Shown piece after piece: positions 63,786-64,000 of a DNA stretch of 64,000 nucleotides. Positions within the stretch are counted from its first letter, which is position 1. Every line of letters begins with the position of its first letter. The translations under genes were made by a program, and so were the position numbers. The notes below the pieces were generated by a model. It saw nothing but the letters and a program-made list of their open reading frames with translations, did not search any database and was not told where the DNA came from. Source of the stretch: Candidatus Poribacteria bacterium (GTDB lineage: Bacteria; Poribacteria; WGA-4E; WGA-3G); the NCBI GenBank assembly GCA_965197475.1, contig CBDANF010000003.1, forward strand, positions 3,456,001 through 3,520,000, written 5' to 3'.

Positions 63786-64000
63786 ATGAAAATATTTCTG
63801 ACCGTACTTATTCTGTCTACCGTTTTTTCTCTAAACTCCTTTGCCGGATTTTTTGGTTCTGCTACCTTTGAAGGGCATACGGGTAAAGTTGATAGCGTCG
63901 CATTCAGTCCGGATGGCGAAATGCTCGTAAGTGGCGGTTGGGACAACACCGTCCGTCTGTGGAATGTTGCCACTCGTGAAAACATCCACACACTCAAAGG
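63786..64000 (+). CDS. Secreted WD40-repeat protein (partial)
   Basis: MKIFLTVLILS...FEGHTGKVDSVAFSPDGEMLVSGGWDNTVRLWNV. Confidence 0.88.
   Translation, partial: MKIFLTVLILSTVFSLNSFAGFFGSATFEGHTGKVDSVAFSPDGEMLVSGGWDNTVRLWNVATRENIHTLK

Overview
Bacterial genomic window, moderately AT-rich. The gene content (PhyH dioxygenases, sulfatases, Uma2, TPR/ankyrin/WD40 repeat proteins, many methylases) suggests a host-associated lineage such as Ca. Poribacteria; this is an inference and was not tested. The left half (about 1.3-36 kb) is a loose defence/toxin-antitoxin-rich region. It holds a TIGR04255-led triad, a PLD-SNF2 helicase plus Eco57I-like methylase pair split by a REP-associated tyrosine transposase (RAYT) flanked by tandem GTAG-REP arrays, an FRG-TPR gene, an orphan toxin/immunity-like pair, a Schlafen/AlbA_2 plus ParA pair, a TPR-UPF0175 plus DUF3368 pair, a methylase-HNH fusion, a RelE-like killer plus antidote-DUF4268 fusion and an orphan HsdS. 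Housekeeping genes are groES/groEL, rnpA-yidD-yidC-jag-mnmE (no rpmH upstream), nfi, aminotransferases and an Fe3+ ABC permease. Mobile DNA comprises a decayed ISKra4/ISLre2-like element, a cargo-carrying IS1595 with strongly structured leaders, an intact IS1595 with an 8-bp TSD, and ISAs1 and IS630 remnants. Non-coding highlights are a hammerhead-ribozyme-like motif heading a repeat-containing region (18.55-19.25 kb), a dispersed 9-bp-periodic inverted-repeat family, ~90-bp MITE-like shells carrying different REPs, and two sigma54-type promoters, one upstream of an unannotated 50-aa membrane peptide. All calls come from reading motifs by eye; no searches were run.
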